Below, in pieces: positions 15,307 through 24,568 of a DNA stretch of 50,508 bases. The stretch is from NCBI GenBank assembly GCA_964584225.1, contig CAZOZG010000004.1:1-50508 (forward strand), in the 5' to 3' direction. Numbering within the stretch: position 1 is the first letter of the stretch; each line of letters starts with the position of its first letter. The DNA comes from an uncultured Candidatus Saccharibacteria bacterium (lineage in GTDB: Bacteria > Patescibacteriota > Minisyncoccia > Phycocordibacterales > UBA2100). Under the pieces are notes generated by a model. The model was not told the DNA's origin and did no database searches. It saw nothing but the letters and a program-made list of their open reading frames with translations. The translations under genes and the position numbers were made by a program.

Positions 15307-17112
15307 ATGGAAATTCGAAACATCGCAATCATTGCACACGTCGACCACGGCAAGACGACATTGACCGATGCGATTTTGCGCCAGACCGGCGTTGCCGAGG
15401 CCGGTGTCTCGATGGACTCAAACGCACTCGAATTGGAGCGCGGGATTACTATCTATTCCAAAAACGCAGCGGTTCCGTACAAAGGCACGAAGATAAATAT
15501 CGTGGACACGCCCGGCCACGCGGATTTTGGCAGCGAAGTTGAGCGCGTGCTTCGCTCGATCGATTCGGTACTTCTCGTCGTTGATGCGCAAGAAGGCCCG
15601 ATGCCGCAGACTCGTTTCGTCTTGAAAAAGTCTCTCGAGCTCGGCCTGAAACCAATCGTCGTTATCAATAAGATCGATAAACCCGCAGCGGATCCGGCGC
15701 GCGCCGAGGAGCAGGTCTTGGAGCTTTTTCTCGAGCTCGGAGCAAATGACGAGCAGTCAGACTTTCCGATTGTGTACACAATCGGAAAGCAGGGAATCGC
15801 AAAAATGAAACTTGTCGACGAGTCAAACGATCTCACGCCCCTGCTCGATACGATCTTGAGGCATGTGCCTCCAGCGTCTGCCGGACTTGAATCAAAGCCG
15901 CTTCGCCTCCAACCATTCAATCTCGCGTACGACAATTACCTCGGTCGACTCGCGATCGTCCGCGTCTACGAAGGCTCACTCAGGACCGGCCAAAATGTGT
16001 TTGTGAAAAAACCATCCAGTGAATCGCGTCCGGGAAAGATCACGAAGATGTTCACGTTCAAAGGCCTCAAAAAAGAAGAGACCAACGACGTCGTCGCGGG
16101 TGATATCGCGCTCATCGCAGGACTTTCTGATATTTACATTGGTGAGACGGTCGCAGACGACGCGAATACCGAACCATTGCCCGCGATCGCGATTGATGAG
16201 CCGACGATCACGCTCAACTTTCTCGTCAACAATTCACCGTTTGGCGGGCGTGAAGGAAAATTTGTGACATCGCGGCAGATCCGCGAGCGCCTTGAGCGCG
16301 AGCTCGAAGTCAACGTCGGTCTTCGCGTCGAATTTGGCGGCAATGACATGTTCAAAGTCTCCGGCCGCGGCGAACTCCACATTGCCATTCTATTGGAGAA
16401 TATGCGACGCGAGGGTTACGAAGTACAGGTCTCGCAGCCACACGTCATTTTCCACGAAAACAACGGCGAGAAGCTCGAACCATTTGAAGAAGTCGTCGTC
16501 GATACGCCGCAGGAATATCAGGGCGCGATCATCGAGCGACTCGGCACTCGTAAATTCGTCATGAAAGATCTCAAAGTGCATGAAAAACAGGTGCGACTTA
16601 TTTTTGAAGGGCCGACGCGCGGACTCCTTGGCTACCGCAATCAATTTGTGCTCGACACAAAAGGCGAGGGCATTCTTTCCTCGCGCGTCACCGGTTTCAA
16701 GCCGACCGTCGGCGACATAAAAAAGCGCGCAGTGGGCTCGATGGTTTCGATGACGAATGGGAAAGCACTCGGCTATTCACTGTGGAATCTTCAGGAGCGG
16801 GGTATGCTCTACATTGGTCCGGCAATCGAGGTGTACGAAGGTATGGTCATCGGCAATACCTCGAAAGGGGAAGAGATGACCGTGAACCCGACGAAGAACA
16901 AAAATCTCACCAACGTGCGTGCATCTGCATCTGATGATGCGATTCAGCTCATTCCGCCCTACGAACTCTCGATCGAGCGTGGGCTCGAAACGATGGCGGA
17001 AGACGAGTATCTTGAAATTACGCCGAAGAGCGTCCGGCTTCGCAAAAAATATCTGACCGAACAAGAGCGCGCTCGCGTCGGGCGTGGACTCGATGCTGCT
17101 ATTCCGGGTTGA
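15307..17112 (+). CDS. typA: Translational GTPase TypA/BipA
   Basis: MEIRNIAIIAHVDHGKTTLTDAILRQTG, DTPGHADFG and NKIDK motifs over a 601-aa BipA-like length. Confidence 0.95.
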   Translation: MEIRNIAIIAHVDHGKTTLTDAILRQTGVAEAGVSMDSNALELERGITIYSKNAAVPYKGTKINIVDTPGHADFGSEVERVLRSIDSVLLVVDAQEGPMPQTRFVLKKSLELGLKPIVVINKIDKPAADPARAEEQVLELFLELGANDEQSDFPIVYTIGKQGIAKMKLVDESNDLTPLLDTILRHVPPASAGLESKPLRLQPFNLAYDNYLGRLAIVRVYEGSLRTGQNVFVKKPSSESRPGKITKMFTFKGLKKEETNDVVAGDIALIAGLSDIYIGETVADDANTEPLPAIAIDEPTITLNFLVNNSPFGGREGKFVTSRQIRERLERELEVNVGLRVEFGGNDMFKVSGRGELHIAILLENMRREGYEVQVSQPHVIFHENNGEKLEPFEEVVVDTPQEYQGAIIERLGTRKFVMKDLKVHEKQVRLIFEGPTRGLLGYRNQFVLDTKGEGILSSRVTGFKPTVGDIKKRAVGSMVSMTNGKALGYSLWNLQERGMLYIGPAIEVYEGMVIGNTSKGEEMTVNPTKNKNLTNVRASASDDAIQLIPPYELSIERGLETMAEDEYLEITPKSVRLRKKYLTEQERARVGRGLDAAIPG

Positions 17113-17134
17113 TCGAACGCAGTAGAATAAAGAG

Positions 17135-17830
17135 GTGAGGCATCGAAGGAAACAGCATAACCGCGCTTCGCAAGAAATTCTCATCGAGAGAATACGTCGT
17201 CATCGCAAGCCCTATTTCGCTCGATTCCGCGGTAAAAAATACGTTATTCACCCCGATGTGTTTTCACCAGGCGTCGTCCTCGATACTGATTTTTTCGTCC
17301 AACATCTGCCGAACCAGCGAGGGAAAAACGTATTGGAAATCGGCACGGGCACGGGGCTCATTGCGATTACTGCAGCATTGCAGCATGCCGCAAATGTCGT
17401 TGCTGTCGACATTAATAAAAAGGCGATTCGGAATGCACGGGAAAATGTTCGACTGTACGGAGTCTCGGAGCAGGTTTCTCTATTGGCGAGCGATATCTAC
17501 AAGAACGTCCCGAAAGGATTGAGATTCGACACGATTATGTGGAACATTCCGTGGGGAAATTACGGCGGCAAACGCATGAATTGGATTCAAAAAGCCTTTT
17601 ACGATCCAGGATTTCGTTTGCTTCGACGATTCATCATCGAGGCGCCCCGTTATGTACGATCCGGCGGGAAAGTATTGATCGGTTATTCAACAAGCGTAGG
17701 CGATGAGATTGTGTTGAGACAATATGCGAAAAAAGCTGGCTTTCAGGTGCGAATTATTGCAAAGAAGACCTTCAAAGAAGGGCACCCCGGCGGCCCGCTC
17801 AACGTTGAATTATTTGAATTAAAAAAGTAA
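17135..17830 (+). CDS. Class I SAM-dependent methyltransferase (PrmC/HemK-like small-domain type)
   Basis: Motif I is VLEIGTGTGLIAITAA. MWNIPWG occupies the position of NPPY. The start (GTG at 17135) is uncertain. Confidence 0.7.
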   Translation: MRHRRKQHNRASQEILIERIRRHRKPYFARFRGKKYVIHPDVFSPGVVLDTDFFVQHLPNQRGKNVLEIGTGTGLIAITAALQHAANVVAVDINKKAIRNARENVRLYGVSEQVSLLASDIYKNVPKGLRFDTIMWNIPWGNYGGKRMNWIQKAFYDPGFRLLRRFIIEAPRYVRSGGKVLIGYSTSVGDEIVLRQYAKKAGFQVRIIAKKTFKEGHPGGPLNVELFELKK

Positions 17831-17849
17831 TATTACATGTACTAATGGT

Positions 17850-18239
17850 ATGAAACGACCAATGACGAGTGAGGAGGAGATCAAGGCGGCGCTATCGCCT
17901 GAAGAGTACAAAGTTTTGCGCGAGAAGGGGACCGAGGCGCCTTTTAGCGGGGAATATGTTCACGAGAAAGCTGACGGCACGTATGCGTGCAAAGTCTGCG
18001 GCAATGAGCTTTTCAGCTCTGATGCAAAATTCGATTCCGGCACCGGTTGGCCGTCTTTCGATCAAGCACTTCCCGGCGCGATCGAACAACATGCAGATAA
18101 TACGCACGGCATGCGTCGCGTTGAGATTACATGTGCGCGCTGCGGTTCACACCTCGGACACGTCTTCGACGACGGGCCGACGAAAACAGGCAAGCGCTAC
18201 TGCATCAATTCGGTCTGTCTTGATCTCGAAGAAAAGTGA
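17850..18239 (+). CDS. msrB: Peptide-methionine (R)-S-oxide reductase
   Basis: CKVCGNELF...GWPSF...CARCGSHLGHVFDDGP...RYCINS. Confidence 0.93.
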   Translation: MKRPMTSEEEIKAALSPEEYKVLREKGTEAPFSGEYVHEKADGTYACKVCGNELFSSDAKFDSGTGWPSFDQALPGAIEQHADNTHGMRRVEITCARCGSHLGHVFDDGPTKTGKRYCINSVCLDLEEK

Positions 18240-18241
18240 CG

Positions 18242-18805
18242 ATGTATACGCCGAAGACGAGCGACGAGGCGGTGAAAAAAGCGACCGGCAAAGATTGGGG
18301 CAGCTGGTTTACGATTCTCGACAAAGCCGGTGCCAAAAAGATGCAGCACAAAGACATCGTCGTCTGGGTGTTCGAGCACCATCTCGGTAAAGGAAAGCCT
18401 GAGAGCAACGTCGCGACGTCCGAAGGGTGGTGGAGTCAGATGGTCACTGTCGAGTACGAACGCTCGCGCGGCATCAGGAAGGTCAATCAGAATGTGTCGG
18501 GTTTTTTGGTCGGCATACATAAGACACTCACGATGTCGCCGCAGCAATTCGAAAAGGCTTGGCAACAAATTCTCCGCAACAAAGCCGTCGCCGGTAAGAA
18601 GCTTGAGCGCTTGCCGTCAAAAACAAAGCGTCCAATGATACGCTACAGCGCCAAAGAGGGCGGGCTTGTCGTGACGTACGAAAAACAGCCGAGCGGAAAG
18701 CTCTGTGTCATGGTGGAAGCAATCAAATTGCCGAATGAAGTTGCTGTAGAACGTGAGCGGGCGTTTTGGAAGAAGATCTTGGCTGGCATTGACTCGTTTT
18801 CCTGA
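18242..18805 (+). CDS. Hypothetical protein (possibly DUF4287-like N-terminus)
   Basis: 187-aa ORF that starts right after the msrB stop. The family assignment is from memory only and is weak. Confidence 0.6.
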   Translation: MYTPKTSDEAVKKATGKDWGSWFTILDKAGAKKMQHKDIVVWVFEHHLGKGKPESNVATSEGWWSQMVTVEYERSRGIRKVNQNVSGFLVGIHKTLTMSPQQFEKAWQQILRNKAVAGKKLERLPSKTKRPMIRYSAKEGGLVVTYEKQPSGKLCVMVEAIKLPNEVAVERERAFWKKILAGIDSFS

Positions 18806-18824
18806 TCAGCAATAATGAAGACAT

Positions 18825-19448
18825 ATGGGTAAATATATCATCGGGGTTATCGTGATAGTTGCCTTGCTTTTAGGGCTTGGCTATTACTTTTCGCTTAAAA
18901 ATAACGGGGGAATGCCTGCACAGACGCAGAATAATCAGCCACCGCCGCAGGCTCAGATGAGCACCTACGCGACGTCGACCTATACAATTGAGTATCCGCC
19001 GAGCTACTCTGTCGATCCAAATTACGCGTATCAAGGGGTGCCGAAAAAGCCGATTCCGGGTGTGAAGTTTACGATCCCCGGCTCGATGGCGACGGGTACA
19101 AACCTTTCTGATGACAGTGGAGTCTCCGTCGAGCAGCTGCCGCGGGCAAAAACCTGCTCGGGTGACATTTTTCTCTACCAGACGGTAAAGCCTGTGACGA
19201 TGACGATCGGCTCGAGCACCTACTCAGTCGCGACTTCAACCGACGCGGGCGCGGGTAATCGATACAAAGAGCGGGTTTTTGCGATCAAGGGCAGTAACCC
19301 CTGTACCGCGGTCCGGTACTTTGTCCACTTCGGCGCGATAGAAAATTATCCGACGGGTGCAGTGCAACAATTCGACGAGAATGCGTTGCTCGCTGACTTC
19401 GACAAGATCCGCGATTCACTCACCTTGACCTCACCGCAGACGCCGTAA
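18825..19448 (+). CDS. Membrane-anchored exported hypothetical protein
   Basis: N-terminal TM IIGVIVIVALLLGLGYYF. A TTGACT-16-AATAAT promoter lies at 18789-18816, with the -10 box 8 nt from the ATG. Confidence 0.7.
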   Translation: MGKYIIGVIVIVALLLGLGYYFSLKNNGGMPAQTQNNQPPPQAQMSTYATSTYTIEYPPSYSVDPNYAYQGVPKKPIPGVKFTIPGSMATGTNLSDDSGVSVEQLPRAKTCSGDIFLYQTVKPVTMTIGSSTYSVATSTDAGAGNRYKERVFAIKGSNPCTAVRYFVHFGAIENYPTGAVQQFDENALLADFDKIRDSLTLTSPQTP

Positions 19449-19810
19449 TGCAGCTCGGGAGGCGCAATCGCAAACAGTATCTAAAAGTCAAAGAAGGCGC
19501 GCGTGCACTTGTGCACGCGCGCCTTCAGCATTTCAATGCACACTACCGCTTACCGCTTCGGAAAGTCTTTATCAAGAATCACAAATCGCGCTGGGGCAGC
19601 TGCTCGGAAAAAGGGAATCTCAATTTCAACTACAAATTGCTCTACTTGCCGCCTGAAATTGTCGATTACGTTATCGTCCACGAGCTCTGTCACCTTGCAG
19701 AATTCAATCACTCGCCGCGATTTTGGACTTTGGTCGAACGCACGATCCCAGAACATCGACGTTTGAAGCGTGCGCTGCGCACACTTGAACGTGGCGGCAT
19801 CTCGATTTAA
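19448..19810 (+). CDS. Short YgjP/DUF45-type (M48-like) metal-dependent hydrolase
   Basis: RWGSCSEKGNLNFNYKLLYLPPEIVDYVIVHELCHLAEFNHSPRFW (HExxH). The start overlaps the upstream stop (TAATG). At 120 aa it corresponds to the C-terminal half of typical family members. Confidence 0.75.
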   Translation: MQLGRRNRKQYLKVKEGARALVHARLQHFNAHYRLPLRKVFIKNHKSRWGSCSEKGNLNFNYKLLYLPPEIVDYVIVHELCHLAEFNHSPRFWTLVERTIPEHRRLKRALRTLERGGISI

Positions 19811-19822
19811 TATAGTGTCGAC

Positions 19823-20056
19823 ATGAGCACCGAAGAATTCAAGATTGAAGGCGATAAACTCATCACAAAACTCAAAGAGCTTCTACACGAGGGCAACATC
19901 CGCCGGGTTATTATCAAAAACGAGTCGGGCGTCACGCTCGTTGAAATTCCACTTACGGTCGGGGTTGTGGGCGCTGCGATCGCGCCCATCCTCGCGGCAG
20001 CTGGCGCGATCGCAGCGTTAGTAAGCAATTGCACGATTGTCGTTGAGAAAAAATAA
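19823..20056 (+). CDS. DUF4342-like small protein
   Basis: 77 aa, LHEGNIRRVIIKNESGVTLVEIPLTVGVVGA.. pattern. TATAGT (19811-19816) lies 6 nt from the ATG. Confidence 0.7.
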   Translation: MSTEEFKIEGDKLITKLKELLHEGNIRRVIIKNESGVTLVEIPLTVGVVGAAIAPILAAAGAIAALVSNCTIVVEKK

Positions 20057-20057
20057 T

Positions 20058-20222
20058 ATGCCGCATAAAATTAAAATCGAGCATCACAGTATCTCCGGCG
20101 GTCTCTGGCTTGCCGCGTGGATGTTTACCATTGGCTTTTTGAAGCTCTCGTTTGGTCAGGGAATTCTCGCGATTCTGATCTGGCCGTACTATATCGGGCT
20201 CGCACTGAGCACGATGCATTGA
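20058..20222 (+). CDS. Small membrane protein (54 aa)
   Basis: MPHKIKIEHHSISGGLWLAAWMFTIGFLKLSFGQGILAILIWPYYIGLALSTMH has two hydrophobic helices. It starts 1 nt after the upstream stop. Confidence 0.55.
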   Translation: MPHKIKIEHHSISGGLWLAAWMFTIGFLKLSFGQGILAILIWPYYIGLALSTMH

Positions 20223-20232
20223 TAAAAAAGAA

Positions 20233-20254
20233 CCGCCGGCTCTTGAGCCGGCGG
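20233..20254 (-). terminator. Hairpin terminator between convergent genes; the U-tract is on the minus strand
   Basis: CCGCCGGCTC-tt-GAGCCGGCGG. An A-run lies upstream on the plus strand, which gives a U-run after the hairpin on the minus strand. Confidence 0.7.
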
Positions 20255-20278
20255 CGAAATAGAACACATCGGTTGATC

Positions 20279-21037
20279 TTAGTGATGATCCCAATTGGGA
20301 CTCAACACGAAGCCGATCAGAGCCACACAGACGATGTAGGTGTATACGATCGCCCACACGATCCGATCGACGACCGTCATCTCCTTCGTCGAGAGACCGC
20401 CGTTGTCGGTCTTATCCATCGAGCGGCCAAGACCGACGAGGATCAGCGGCAACGCCATGACGATGCTCCCCCGATAGTAAAGGAGCAACATCATTCCGAA
20501 GATGACGGGAATCGAGGTGATCTCGAAGATGAGTCGTGCATATTTCTTCGAGATGTTGTGGAAGAGCACCTTCACGAAGCGCGCCCCGTCGAAGATGACG
20601 AGCGGAATCATGTTGAACAACATCAGCGATGCGTTCATATTGATCAGTCGACCCGCAGAATCTTCGGAAACAGCCCCGATGTAGTAGCCGACGATGGCGA
20701 CGGCCGCCACGAGCATGTTGCCAAACATGCCAGCAAGCGCAATCTCCGCCGACGCATTGTCGGGCAGCGCCTCGAGCTTCTCCTTGCTGAGCGGCACCGT
20801 GCCGCCCATCACGACAAGAATGAAGAAGGCACAGGGGACGCCATGTCGTATGAAGGCGATCATGTGGCCCATCTCGTGCACGGCGACCGAGATCAAGAGT
20901 GCGCTCGCGAGAAAATGCGGGCGCGGAAGTTGCAGCGATAGGGCGATTTGAAGATACACCCACCAGCTAAAGGCGGACGTCGCAAGCGCGACGGCCACCT
21001 TAAAAAGCAGCACGACAAGATTCCAGATTGTGCGCAT
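20279..21037 (-). CDS. M50 (site-2 protease-like) membrane metalloprotease
   Basis: The HEMGH motif is inside a TM helix of a multi-pass membrane protein of 252 aa. Confidence 0.8.
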   Translation of the reverse strand: MRTIWNLVVLLFKVAVALATSAFSWWVYLQIALSLQLPRPHFLASALLISVAVHEMGHMIAFIRHGVPCAFFILVVMGGTVPLSKEKLEALPDNASAEIALAGMFGNMLVAAVAIVGYYIGAVSEDSAGRLINMNASLMLFNMIPLVIFDGARFVKVLFHNISKKYARLIFEITSIPVIFGMMLLLYYRGSIVMALPLILVGLGRSMDKTDNGGLSTKEMTVVDRIVWAIVYTYIVCVALIGFVLSPNWDHH

Positions 21038-21167
21038 GTGCGCCTCTCCCTCGTCGAGTGGATTTCGTGAGTTGCGATTGCAGAGCTCACCTGAGATACA
21101 TTATACCTCGGAAGTCTATGCGAGTCAAATCATTTTGTATTCGGTATTGCTGTGAGACCATAGCTAT

Positions 21168-21503
21168 ATGCTGAGGAAGATTTTGATCGCAGCGCTTGCC
21201 GGGCTCGGTCTCGGCTACGGCAGCGCGTTCACATTTTTCACGCATTCGTGGACAGCGATAATCGCGTGGGGAATTGCTGGCGCAATTGTCGGCGCGTTTG
21301 CGGCGGATGGAAAACAAGCAATCTGGATGGGCGGCGCCTTCGGCGCCGCCCTCGCCATTTCCTTTCTCCTCGGTGTATTCGGTGGCACAGCCGACAAACT
21401 CCCGAGCTACTTCGTGCTCGTCCTCGTCATGCTTCCTGTCGGCGCGCTCGGCGGCATCGTGAGTGCGTGGGTCGGGCACGCCATTCGTAGGCGCGTCGGC
21501 TGA
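21168..21503 (+). CDS. Small integral membrane protein
   Basis: 111 aa with four Gly/Ala-rich hydrophobic segments. Confidence 0.65.
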   Translation: MLRKILIAALAGLGLGYGSAFTFFTHSWTAIIAWGIAGAIVGAFAADGKQAIWMGGAFGAALAISFLLGVFGGTADKLPSYFVLVLVMLPVGALGGIVSAWVGHAIRRRVG

Positions 21504-21507
21504 TTCT

Positions 21508-21516
21508 TGGTACACT
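21508..21516 (+). promoter_or_regulatory. Extended -10 box TGGTACACT, 6 nt upstream of the ATG at 21523
   Basis: TGGTACACT-cgcgcc-ATG. Confidence 0.55.
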
Positions 21517-21522
21517 CGCGCC

Positions 21523-22134
21523 ATGGAGAAGATCCGGGTACTCGTTTTAAATGCATCGCTGAAGCACAAGCCTGGCATATCGAACACCGAAGAAGTCGCG
21601 CAGATGGTCTTGAGACACATGAAAAAGATCGCGCCGATCGAAAGCGAAATCATTCGTCTTGCTGATAAGAACATCCCTGTCGGTCTTCGATTTAAAGAAA
21701 GCTCGAAAGACGACTGGCCAGCGATCGCCGAGAAAATCAGGAGGGCACACATCGTCATTTTCGCGACACCGATCTGGTGGGGCGGCCGCTCAAGCTTGAT
21801 GCAGCGCGTGATCGAGCGCATGGATGCGTTCGATGAGGAAGTACTCGGGGGGAAGAAAAGTGCACTCCTCAACAAAGTTGCGGGCATTGCCATCACCGGA
21901 AGCGAAGACGGTGCGCAAGCCGTCATGGCAGGGCTTATGGAGGTGTTTTCATTCTTGAACTTCACATTGCCGCCGCAGTGTTGCACGTACTGGGTCGGCG
22001 AATATGGCAAAGACCCGGCGACGGATCGCGCGCGCCGGAAGAAGAACGTACACGTCGACAAGCAAGCAAGAGAGACAGCGACGTCACTCATGCATTATGC
22101 ACAAGTCCTAAAGGAGCATCCGCTCAAGTTTTGA
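21523..22134 (+). CDS. Flavodoxin-like NAD(P)H-dependent FMN reductase family protein
   Basis: MEKIRVLVLNASLKHKPGISNT...AHIVIFATPIWWGGRSSLMQRVIERMD. Confidence 0.8.
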   Translation: MEKIRVLVLNASLKHKPGISNTEEVAQMVLRHMKKIAPIESEIIRLADKNIPVGLRFKESSKDDWPAIAEKIRRAHIVIFATPIWWGGRSSLMQRVIERMDAFDEEVLGGKKSALLNKVAGIAITGSEDGAQAVMAGLMEVFSFLNFTLPPQCCTYWVGEYGKDPATDRARRKKNVHVDKQARETATSLMHYAQVLKEHPLKF

Positions 22135-22135
22135 T

Positions 22136-22435
22136 ATGTCGAAAAAAACATACAAAGTGACGTCGAAGGTCTGGGAGTATCCTGGAATGAGTGGGTGGTT
22201 TTTTGCCAACGTCGACAAGAAGCAGTCGGCCGTACTCAAAGAATCGTTCGGAAAGAAAGCTGGAGGATTTGGCTCGATTAAGGTGGGCGTCACACTCGGA
22301 AAGACAAAATGGAAAACCTCCATTTTCCCCGAAAAACAATCCGCCACGTACCTGCTGCCGCTCAAAGCCGCCGTCCGACGCGCCGAGGGAATCGACAAGG
22401 GCGATTCGATAAAGTTTACTCTCGATATTCAATAG
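22136..22435 (+). CDS. DUF1905 domain protein
   Basis: WFFANVDKKQS...GSIKVGVTLGKTKWKTSIFPEK...YLLPLKAAVR. Confidence 0.75.
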   Translation: MSKKTYKVTSKVWEYPGMSGWFFANVDKKQSAVLKESFGKKAGGFGSIKVGVTLGKTKWKTSIFPEKQSATYLLPLKAAVRRAEGIDKGDSIKFTLDIQ

Positions 22436-22437
22436 AC

Positions 22438-22971
22438 ATGACGCGGTACGTCGCACTTTTACGCGGGATTGGTCCTTCGAATCCCAACATGCGCGGCGAG
22501 AAATTGCGCGGCACATTCGAATCACTTGGCTTTAAAAACGTCGCGACAGTGATCGCGAGTGGCAACGTCGTCTTCGAATCATCCTCGAAAGACGTTGCCG
22601 CGCTTGAATCGAAGATCGAGAAGGCACTACCCGAGAAATTGGGATTCAAGAGCACGACGATCATCAGGAGCAAAGAAGAGCTCGAGGCGATCGCGAAAAA
22701 GAATCCGTACAAAAAGATTTTGGGCGACGAGCGTTACTATCCACTCATCACATTTCTGAAAGAGTCGACTCCCGCTCTGAAAACGTTCCCGAAAAAAGGA
22801 GAAGGTCACGGCATCGTCGGTATTTCGCAGCGTGAACTCTTCGGCTACGTCGACACCAAAGGCGGCCACGCGGTCGACTACATGCCCATGCTCGACAAGC
22901 ATTTCTCGAAAGCAAACACCTCCCGCACCTGGCTGACCCTCGGCCGCATCCTCAAACAAATGGAGAAATAG
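22438..22971 (+). CDS. DUF1697 domain protein
   Basis: MTRYVALLRGIGPSNPNMRGEKLR...ASGNVVFES. Confidence 0.8.
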   Translation: MTRYVALLRGIGPSNPNMRGEKLRGTFESLGFKNVATVIASGNVVFESSSKDVAALESKIEKALPEKLGFKSTTIIRSKEELEAIAKKNPYKKILGDERYYPLITFLKESTPALKTFPKKGEGHGIVGISQRELFGYVDTKGGHAVDYMPMLDKHFSKANTSRTWLTLGRILKQMEK

Positions 22972-23005
22972 CTCGAAATGAAAATATGTGGGATGATGGC
23001 CTGTC

Positions 23006-23529
23006 ATGGCAGAGCATGAAAATAAGTTCCCCAACGTCGCATTCGTAGATGGACAGAACTTACACCTGGGAACAAAGGAAAAGGGTTGGACTGTGAATCA
23101 TGCGCGACTCAGAATTTATTTGCGAGATAAGTACAGGGTAGGTGAAGCCTACTATTTTCTGGGTTTTGTCTCGGAGGTCCAGCAGGATCTGTACGACAAC
23201 ATCCAAAAAGCGGGGTTCATACTTTCGTTCCGAGAGCACTCTGCCGCGATGAAGGCAAGAAAAAAGGAAACGTGGATTGCGATATTATTTTCGGGATTAT
23301 GAAAAAGCTTGTCGAGAATGAGCCCTTTGATAAAGCGTTCATAGTTTCTGGAGACGGAGACTATAAGAAACTTGTCGATTTTCTTATCAAGAAAGATAAG
23401 TTCGGGAAAATGTTGTTCCCGAACCAAGAGTTTGCGTCGTCCCTTTATAAGAGCTTAGGAAGCGAGTTTTATGCAAACCTCGGGGACGTGGACGTCAAAA
23501 AGAAGGTTCAACACATTGGTCACAAATGA
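23006..23529 (+). pseudogene. NYN/LabA-like nuclease-domain gene split into two frames at an A_AAA_AAG run (frameshifted, or expressed by a -1 shift)
   Basis: ORF 23006..23302 (NVAFVDGQNLHLG...) and ORF 23272..23529 (VDCDIIFGIMK...FIVSGDGDYKKLVDFL) are the N- and C-terminal halves of one NYN domain. Moving to the -1 frame after AAG (23264-23266) reads ...ARKK|GNVDCDII..., which restores the usual K-G-x-VD motif. Confidence 0.75.
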
Positions 23530-23704
23530 AAAAGGCCCCTTAGGCACAAAAGCCGTTCGGGTCCTCCTTCGTCTTAATACCCGCTCAGTATAGCCTTGGG
23601 GTGGGTGAAAATCAAGTGAAAAGTGGGAAAGGGTCGGTTCGGCCTCCTTCGACCGCATCCTCAAAAAGATGGAATGACACATTTTCCACAGCAATAACTC
23701 GAAG

Positions 23705-23713
23705 TGGTATACT
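23705..23713 (+). promoter_or_regulatory. Extended -10 box TGGTATACT, 6 nt upstream of the methyltransferase ATG
   Basis: TGGTATACT-cagagc-ATG(23720). Confidence 0.6.
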
Positions 23714-23719
23714 CAGAGC

Positions 23720-24568
23720 ATGGCTGTATCAGCGACAAGAAGTGGGTCTAAGATTTTGTCTTCGGTCGAGTCGAAGCCTTATTTCAGCGACAAGAATTTC
23801 GTACTTTATCATGGTGACTCAGCCGTGGTGCTCTCGCAACTTCCTGAGAACTCAGTGGATATGATTTTTGCAGATCCACCCTACAATCTTTCAAATGGCG
23901 GTTTCAGTGTCCACGCTGGTCGACGAGTAAGTGTCAATAAAGGAAACTGGGATAAAAGTAAAGGATTCCAAGACGACTATAGTTTCCATTACAAATGGCT
24001 TGAGGCATGCCGAAGAGTTTTAAAACCTGGTGGAACACTTTGGGTCAGCGGCACGTATCATTCGATATATCAATGCGGCCACGCAATGCAGGCGTTGAAC
24101 TACCACATCCTCAATGACATTGCATGGTTCAAACCGAACGCGTCCCCCAATCTTAGTTGTAGGTTTTTTACGGCAAGTCATGAGACTTTGATTTGGGGGC
24201 GCAAAGAAAAGAAAGCCAAACATCATTTTGACTACGACCTGATGAAGGAAGGGGAATGGAAGGAAGATTTTTTGAAAAAACCTGGGCTTCAGATGAGGTC
24301 TGTATGGGCACTAGGAACTCCAAAGCCCGCGGAAAAGAAGTTTGGTAAACACCCAACGCAAAAGCCCCTGGAGCTGTTGAGACGAATTGTATTAGCAAGT
24401 ACGAAAGCTGGAGATATCGTTATTGATCCGTTCGCAGGAAGTTCGACCACAGGGCTGGCTGCAGTGTCACATGACAGGAAGTTTGTCGGGATTGATCTCG
24501 ATAAGAACTACCTTGATCTTTCTGTGAAAAGGTATAAGGATCTGGGCAATGTCACCCAGAAACACTAA
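23720..24568 (+). CDS. Type II DNA methyltransferase, beta-class amino-MTase (N6-adenine or N4-cytosine)
   Basis: Motif IV (FADPPYNL) comes before motif I (HPTQKPLELLRRIVLASTKAGDIVIDPFAGSSTTGLAA). DPPY favours N6-adenine. Confidence 0.9.
   Translation: MAVSATRSGSKILSSVESKPYFSDKNFVLYHGDSAVVLSQLPENSVDMIFADPPYNLSNGGFSVHAGRRVSVNKGNWDKSKGFQDDYSFHYKWLEACRRVLKPGGTLWVSGTYHSIYQCGHAMQALNYHILNDIAWFKPNASPNLSCRFFTASHETLIWGRKEKKAKHHFDYDLMKEGEWKEDFLKKPGLQMRSVWALGTPKPAEKKFGKHPTQKPLELLRRIVLASTKAGDIVIDPFAGSSTTGLAAVSHDRKFVGIDLDKNYLDLSVKRYKDLGNVTQKH

Noticed and set aside
20117-20941. 274-aa plus-strand ORF, plus the 183-aa minus-strand ORF at 20412..20963.
   Set aside because: Both overlap the M50 protease gene, which has the HEMGH motif and TM helices. 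Their products are Arg/His/Asp-rich.
21087-22091. 334-aa minus-strand ORF.
   Set aside because: It is antisense to two well-supported plus-strand genes (the membrane protein and the FMN reductase-like gene) and has no recognisable motifs.
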